11,814 nucleotides of DNA from a virus. The stretch's first letter is position 1. Each line of letters starts with the position of its first letter. The notes below the pieces were generated by a model, which worked only from the letters and a program-made list of their open reading frames with translations, did no database searches and was not told the origin of the DNA. Location of the stretch: the UHGV virus genome UHGV-0249779; one strand, written 5' to 3'. Shown here in pieces: positions 7,307 to 11,814 of this stretch. The translations under genes were made by a program, and so were the position numbers.

Positions 7307-7588
7307 GTGGAAGATTACTTAGTTTTTGGTTTAGGTCATGAAGGCGATATAAAGAACGATGAAGCAGGGCTTGATAAGATAAGCGTGGTAACGAAATCGG
7401 TAGTGCGTTCTACCAATTCCAATGAACCAGTGGTTTACCAAGTGACTGAGTTTAAAGAATTTAATGTTGTGAGACATCAAGCGTTTGATAGTGAATACTA
7501 CAACATAGCATTCGATGTCTTACCATCCCGCGTCCGTATTGATGCTGCAATCCGTAAATATCACCCCAAGAAATCCTCCTCAGCTTAG
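7307..7588 (+). CDS. Hypothetical small protein (93 aa), second gene of the AT-rich insertion
   Basis: GTG start with TAGGAG 6 nt upstream. Same AT-rich composition and orientation as the 82-aa ORF, 43 bp downstream of it. No family recognised. Confidence 0.45.
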   Translation: MEDYLVFGLGHEGDIKNDEAGLDKISVVTKSVVRSTNSNEPVVYQVTEFKEFNVVRHQAFDSEYYNIAFDVLPSRVRIDAAIRKYHPKKSSSA

Positions 7589-7776
7589 TAAGCTTTGATT
7601 TTCCATTATCAACCAGCAATAATAATGTCCTCGGAGCCTGAACAACTCCGGTGACTTCTGCGCTAAACGGGGACGTTTATGCGCACATACAATCCAAACT
7701 CTCTTCTCCCTTCACTGATGCAGAAATGCACCTGCAATTCTTTGCATCTAGCGTTTGACCTCTGCGGAGGTGAAGC

Positions 7777-8232
7777 GTGAACCTCCCACAAGACGGCATC
7801 AAATTACATCGCGGCAACTTCACCGCTATCGGCCAGCAGATCCAGCCTTATCTGGAGGAAGGCAAATGCTTTCGCATGGTGCTTAAACCGTGGCGTGAGA
7901 AACGCAGTCTTTCCCAGAATGCACTCAGCCACATGTGGTACAGCGAAATCAGTGAATACCTCATCAGCAGGGGGAAATCGTTCGCTACTTCAGCATGGGT
8001 AAAAGATGCTCTCAAACACACATACCTCGGTTATGAAACCAAGGACCTGGTTGATGTCGTAACCGGTGATATCACCACTATCCAGTCGTTACGCCATACC
8101 TCCGATCTTGATACCGGAGAGATGTATGTCTTCCTGTGTAAGGTTGAAGCCTGGGCGATGAATATTGGCTGCCACCTGACTATTCCACAGAGCTGCGAGT
8201 TTCAGCTGCTGCGCGACAAGCAGGAGGCGTAA
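7777..8232 (+). CDS. ybcN: YbcN/NinB-family protein (recombination, ssDNA-binding)
   Basis: 151 aa, GTG start with GGAGG 7 nt upstream. Matches my recollection of DLP12 YbcN ([19 protein letters not shown]...LLRDKQEA). Confidence 0.8.
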   Translation: MNLPQDGIKLHRGNFTAIGQQIQPYLEEGKCFRMVLKPWREKRSLSQNALSHMWYSEISEYLISRGKSFATSAWVKDALKHTYLGYETKDLVDVVTGDITTIQSLRHTSDLDTGEMYVFLCKVEAWAMNIGCHLTIPQSCEFQLLRDKQEA

Positions 8233-8402
8233 TGGCTACACCGCTTATTCGTGTCATGAACGGACACATCTACAGAGTACCAAATCGTCGTAAGCGTAAA
8301 CCTGAGCTGAAGCCATCCGAAATACCAACACTGCTCGGATATACCGCCAGCTTGGTTGATAAAAAATGGTTGCGACTGGCAGCAAGGAGGAGTCATGGCT
8401 GA
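8232..8402 (+). CDS. ninE: NinE-family small protein (56 aa); not in the supplied ORF track
   Basis: Hand-translated from the ATG at 8232 (TAATG overlap with ybcN): [56 protein letters not shown]. Sits in the ninE slot of the DLP12-type nin region. Confidence 0.65.
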   Translation: MATPLIRVMNGHIYRVPNRRKRKPELKPSEIPTLLGYTASLVDKKWLRLAARRSHG

Positions 8403-8685
8403 TTTGAGAAAAGCAGCGAGTGGTCGGGAATGCCAGGTAAGAATCCCTGGCGTATGTAATGGCAACCCTGAAACGTCTGTACTGGCACATATCCGGCTGA
8501 CTGGATTGTGCGGCACCGGTACGAAACCGCCAGACCTGATTGCCACCATTGCATGTTCTGCCTGCCACGACGAAATCGACCGCCGCACGCATTTTGTTGA
8601 CGCTGGATATGCAAAAGAATGCGCGCTGGAAGGTATGGCGAGAACGCAGGTTATCTGGCTGAAAGAGGGGGTAATTAAGGCGTGA
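8395..8685 (+). CDS. ybcO: YbcO/DUF1364-family protein (cysteine-rich, putative metal-binding nuclease)
   Basis: 96 aa from ATG 8395, with AGGAGG upstream ([23 protein letters not shown]...[11 protein letters not shown]). The track start at 8356 is a TTG. Confidence 0.75.
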   Translation: MADLRKAASGRECQVRIPGVCNGNPETSVLAHIRLTGLCGTGTKPPDLIATIACSACHDEIDRRTHFVDAGYAKECALEGMARTQVIWLKEGVIKA

Positions 8686-9044
8686 ATACTTACCACATCA
8701 CACTACCCTGGCCGCCGAGCAATAACCGCTACTACCGCCATAATCGAGGGCGCACGCACATCAGCGCAGAAGGGCAGGCATACCGCGATAACGTCGCCCG
8801 AATCATTAAAGGCTCAATGCTGGATATCGGTCTGGCTATGCCTGTGAAAATCCGCATTGAGTGCCACATGCCGGATCGCCGTCGCCGTGACCTGGATAAT
8901 CTGCAAAAAGCCGCTTTTGACGCACTCACTAAAGCAGGTTTCTGGCTGGATGATGAGCTGGTCGTTGATTACCGCGTTGTGAAGATGCCTGTTACCAAAG
9001 GTGGGAAGCTGGAACTGACCATCACTGAACTGGGAGATGAATGA
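8682..9044 (+). CDS. rusA: RusA Holliday junction resolvase
   Basis: 120 aa, [41 protein letters not shown]..., near-identical from recall to E. coli RusA. GTGA overlap with ybcO. Confidence 0.95.
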   Translation: MNTYHITLPWPPSNNRYYRHNRGRTHISAEGQAYRDNVARIIKGSMLDIGLAMPVKIRIECHMPDRRRRDLDNLQKAAFDALTKAGFWLDDELVVDYRVVKMPVTKGGKLELTITELGDE

Positions 9045-9181
9045 TGTTTGAGTCTTATATGGCAGAACGTCTTCGCCGCCGCTGGGTGCGCCTGCGCTTA
9101 TATCGTTTCCCCGGTTCTGTTTTGACCGATTACCGAATACTGAAGAGTTACGCCAAAACCCTGACAGGAGCAGGAGTATGA
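9041..9181 (+). CDS. ylcG: YlcG-like small protein (46 aa); not in the supplied ORF track
   Basis: Hand-translated: [50 protein letters not shown] overlap with rusA, in the ylcG slot of the DLP12 gene order. Confidence 0.6.
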   Translation: MMFESYMAERLRRRWVRLRLYRFPGSVLTDYRILKSYAKTLTGAGV

Positions 9182-9266
9182 AGTCAGAGATAACAATCAA
9201 CTAATACTGTTTTGTTGATTTTTGCTTGTAATTGGCGTTTTGGTCTGATTTTTGTGGAGTAAGTTG

Positions 9267-9650
9267 ATGCGTGATATTCAGATGGTTCTTGAGCGTTGGG
9301 GAGCGTGGGCGGCTAATAATCATGAAGATGTGACCTGGTCGTCCATTGCCGCCGGTTTTAAGGGATTAATTCCTTCAAAAGTAAAATCTCGCCCGCAATG
9401 TTGTGACGATGACGCGATGATCATTTGCGGGTGCATGGCCCGTCTGAAAAAGAACAACAGCGATTTGCACGATTTATTAGTAGATTATTATATAGTCGGT
9501 ATGACATTCATGTCACTGGCAGGTAAGCATTGCTGCTCTGATGGTTATATCGGGAAAAGGTTACAAAAGGCTGAGGGCATAATTGAAGGGATGTTAATGG
9601 CATTAGATATCCGGTTAGAGATGGATATCGTTGTTAATAACTCTAATTAA
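9267..9650 (+). CDS. quuD: Late-gene antiterminator Q (QuuD/phage-82/21 type)
   Basis: 127 aa from ATG 9267, with GGAG 7 nt upstream: [21 protein letters not shown]...[20 protein letters not shown]..., matching DLP12 QuuD from recall. The track start at 9252 is a TTG. Confidence 0.85.
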   Translation: MRDIQMVLERWGAWAANNHEDVTWSSIAAGFKGLIPSKVKSRPQCCDDDAMIICGCMARLKKNNSDLHDLLVDYYIVGMTFMSLAGKHCCSDGYIGKRLQKAEGIIEGMLMALDIRLEMDIVVNNSN

Positions 9651-9669
9651 TACGCCAATTATTTACTAA

Positions 9670-9701
9670 AAGTTATTAAAAATGGGGCGTTGAAACGCCC
9701 C
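9670..9701 (-). terminator. Rho-independent terminator for the porin transcript
   Basis: Hairpin GGGGCGT-tgaa-ACGCCCC (9684..9701), followed on the minus strand by ATTTTTAATAAC. Confidence 0.5.
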
Positions 9702-9724
9702 CAAAAATAAAGGGTAATATATAA
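9690..9724 (+). promoter_or_regulatory. Candidate late promoter PR' (Q-utilisation region)
   Basis: -35-like TTGAAA (9690..9695) with -10-like GGTAAT/TAATAT/TATATA candidates at 9713..9724, 17-19 nt downstream. Placement directly 3' of Q follows the lambdoid pattern. Sequence-only inference. Confidence 0.3.
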
Positions 9725-9789
9725 CAGAAGGTTTATATAGTTAGAAGCAAGGTTGTGCTTCTAAAGGAAGTGGCTTGAGGGAGCCACTT

Positions 9790-9830
9790 ATATGTTGGGG
9801 AGGCAAAGCCTCCCACAACATATCTTTTAG
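9790..9830 (+). terminator. Candidate tR'-like terminator (long hairpin plus CTTTT)
   Basis: 15/16-bp imperfect inverted repeat ATATGTTGGGGAGGC-aaa-GCCTCCCACAACATAT (9790..9823) followed by CTTTTAG. Preceded by two further hairpins at 9743..9762 and 9768..9789. Confidence 0.4.
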
Positions 9831-9838
9831 TAATCAAA

Positions 9839-10921
9839 TTAGAACTGGTAAACCATACCTACAGCAACGATATCATCGGTAGCAACGCCAGATGCTTTCG
9901 TGAAATCGCTCTTATCAATCAGGTTGATTTTGTAGTCAACAAAAGTGGACATATTTTTGTTGAAGTAATAGGTTGCACCTACATCAACATATTCAACCAG
10001 GTCCTGATCACCCCAAACACCCAAGTCTTTTCCTTTAGAATGCAGGTAAGCAACGGATGGACGCAGGCCGAAGTCGAACTGATATTGTGCAACAGCTTCG
10101 AAGTTTTGTGCTTTGTTGGCAATATGGTTATTACCAAAAACAGTCATGTTCTGGGTTTCAGAATAGGTGGTGGCCAGATAGATGTTGTTCGCATCATATT
10201 TCAGACCAGCTGCCCATACTTCAGCATTTTGACCAGAAGCATTCAGACCGTTGTTACCGTAGATAACCTGATTATTAGTGCGATCAGATTTAGCATAGGT
10301 TGCACCCACGCCGAATCCTTCATACTCATAAGTAGTTGAGAAACCGAAACCATCGCCATTAGCTTCAGTTACTTCATTTCGGTCATTTTTGCCCTGATAC
10401 TGAGCTGCAAAGTTCAGGCCATCAACCAGACCAAAGAAGTCGTTGTTACGATAAGTTGCAACACCTGTGGTGCGACCAGTCATGAATACATCTGTTTGGG
10501 TCCAGGTATCGCCACCGAATTCTGGCAGAACGTCGGTCCATGCACCGATGTCGTATGCTACACCGTAGTTACGGCCGTAATCGATGGAGCCGTAGTCACC
10601 GAATTTCAGGCCAGCGAAGGCAAGACGGGTTTTATCTTTGGAGGAACCTTGAGATTCAGCGCGGTTGCCTTTGAATTCATATTCCCACTGACCGAAACCA
10701 GTCAGTTGATCGTTGATTTGGGTTTCACCTTTGAAGCCAAGACGGGCATAAGTAGTATCACCATCATCTGCATCATTAGAGGAGAAGTAGTGCTTAGCAT
10801 TAACTTTCCCGTACAGATCCAGCTTGTTACTGTCTTTATTATAAATTTCAGCTGCCTGAGCAGACATCGCCATCAGTACTGATGCAGCTACAGCAGAAAT
10901 TGCCACTGTTAATTTTTTCAT
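9839..10921 (-). CDS. nmpC: Outer-membrane general porin of the OmpC/OmpF family, prophage-borne (NmpC/Lc type), apparently intact
   Basis: 360 aa. Signal peptide [23 protein letters not shown] followed by AEIYNKD...; C-terminal ...VGMVYQF with terminal Phe; a beta-barrel-like alternating aromatic/Gly composition. Location between Q and the holin, antisense, matches DLP12 nmpC and the PA-2 lc gene. Confidence 0.9.
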   Translation of the reverse strand: MKKLTVAISAVAASVLMAMSAQAAEIYNKDSNKLDLYGKVNAKHYFSSNDADDGDTTYARLGFKGETQINDQLTGFGQWEYEFKGNRAESQGSSKDKTRLAFAGLKFGDYGSIDYGRNYGVAYDIGAWTDVLPEFGGDTWTQTDVFMTGRTTGVATYRNNDFFGLVDGLNFAAQYQGKNDRNEVTEANGDGFGFSTTYEYEGFGVGATYAKSDRTNNQVIYGNNGLNASGQNAEVWAAGLKYDANNIYLATTYSETQNMTVFGNNHIANKAQNFEAVAQYQFDFGLRPSVAYLHSKGKDLGVWGDQDLVEYVDVGATYYFNKNMSTFVDYKINLIDKSDFTKASGVATDDIVAVGMVYQF

Positions 10922-11349
10922 CGTGAGCCCTTTTTTTTGAACTATTATTAAAAAATGATGTCACTGCGCGATAAATATTCATCTAATCAATGTGATTATT
11001 TCAAGATGTAAGTTTTGGTTTCTCGTTTGATTTGTGAAGTAGATCTCTATTTTTATCTGAACTTTTTTCTATCGAATCCTATTCATAGCTCTTGGCTGAA
11101 TAAAAATAAATCTATTAGCCAATTTATATTAACGGCTGTTATTTATAAGTGCTCTATAATTTGAAGGTTCAATTTAAATCGGCTAAAAATAACACTGGAA
11201 ATTATTTGTTGGTTATTTGTTGAGGTTTTCTTATGTATTTGTGGTGGTGTTTTGAACACTCGGTAGCATTCTCGCAAATATCATTTAGTGGTTTACGTAC
11301 GTAAAAAATTGGTTATGCTGTTAAGAGTGGTTACTTCGTCACACAGCTT
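10922..11349. promoter_or_regulatory. Long AT-rich regulatory region upstream of the porin gene (porin promoter and 5' UTR, unresolved)
   Basis: A non-coding tract of more than 400 bp, strongly AT-rich with many A/T runs, immediately 5' of the porin start. No specific promoter hexamers could be assigned with confidence. Confidence 0.4.
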
Positions 11350-11382
11350 AAACCCGCCGTAGAGCGGGTTTTTCCATTTTTT
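11350..11382 (+). terminator. Rho-independent terminator-like hairpin about 110 bp upstream of the holin gene
   Basis: AAACCCGC-cgtaga-GCGGGTTT followed by TTCCATTTTTT on the plus strand. Confidence 0.55.
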
Positions 11383-11494
11383 GAGTCTCGATATTAGCTG
11401 ATAACCCAATACCTGAGTTATTCACTGACTCCGAGTCTGTTACGTTTCGTAGTATTCCCTCAATTTACACCCGCTTTGTCTGCGAGGTGGGGTT

Positions 11495-11710
11495 ATGAAA
11501 TCCATGGATAAGTTAACAACGGGTGTCGCCTATGGCACCTCAGCAGGTAGTGCCGGGTACTGGTTTTTACAGCTGCTAGATAAAGTCACGCCCTCACAGT
11601 GGGCGGCAATTGGAGTGCTGGGTAGCCTGGTATTTGGCCTGCTGACGTACCTGACAAACCTTTATTTCAAGATTAAAGAAGACAAGCGTAAGGCTGCACG
11701 GGGAGAGTAA
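11495..11710 (+). CDS. essD: Class II holin of the phage 21 S type (pinholin, EssD-like), with dual start
   Basis: 71 aa, [26 protein letters not shown]...[33 protein letters not shown], matching S21/EssD from recall. Met1 and Met4 give the 71-aa and 68-aa products. GAGGTGGGG upstream of the ATG. Confidence 0.9.
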
Positions 11711-11714
11711 TTCA

Positions 11715-11814
11715 ATGACTCAAAACTATGAACTGATTGTGAAAGGGATCCGCAATTTTGAGAATAAAGTTACGGTAACTTTAGCGTTACGGGACAAAAA
11801 ACGCTTTGACGGTG
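11715..11814 (+). CDS. 5' end of an unidentified ORF directly after the holin (partial, 33 codons)
   Basis: ATG at 11715 then MTQNYELIVKGIRNFENKVTVTLALRDKKRFDG. Hydrophilic N-terminus with no SAR or TM segment; not recognisable as R21/RrrD, lambda R or P22 gp19. Confidence 0.4.
   Translation, partial: MTQNYELIVKGIRNFENKVTVTLALRDKKRFDG

Noticed and set aside
8202-9200. Minus-strand ORFs across the nin region (8202..8696, 8254..8592, 8393..8614, 8732..8929, 8814..9200)
   Set aside because: They are antisense to the tightly packed, translationally coupled ybcN-ninE-ybcO-rusA-ylcG block.
10040-10882. Plus-strand ORFs inside the porin gene (10040..10339, 10057..10266, 10496..10882)
   Set aside because: They are antisense shadows of the porin coding sequence.

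Overview
This window is the early-to-late core of a mosaic lambdoid prophage of an enterobacterial (E. coli-like) host. Calls rest on reading the sequence and the supplied ORF track, with protein identities from recall of known phage proteins; no searches were run. Left to right: the 5' end of an IS3-family (IS911-like) element abutting the recombination module; lambda-like exo-bet-gam on the minus strand; an unknown PL-proximal ORF; a putative PL/OL; an AT-rich lipoprotein gene sitting directly downstream of cI in the position lambda uses for rexAB; a cI repressor with a LexA-like S24 domain; a divergent OR/PR/PRM region; a YdaS-like Cro and a YdaT-like CII-position gene; a mosaic O gene with five 18-bp iterons; lambda-like P and ren; an AT-rich two-gene insertion of unknown function; a DLP12-like nin block (ybcN, ninE, ybcO, rusA, ylcG); a Q antiterminator (quuD-like); a strongly structured Q-distal intergenic region; an intact nmpC/Lc-type porin gene antisense to the late operon; a phage-21-type S holin; and the start of an unidentified ORF where a SAR endolysin would be expected. 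No N or cIII homologue is recognisable. The best candidates for something undescribed are the two AT-rich islands at classical accessory hotspots: the lipoprotein co-oriented with cI, and the two-gene module between ren and ybcN. Neither can be assigned a function from sequence alone.
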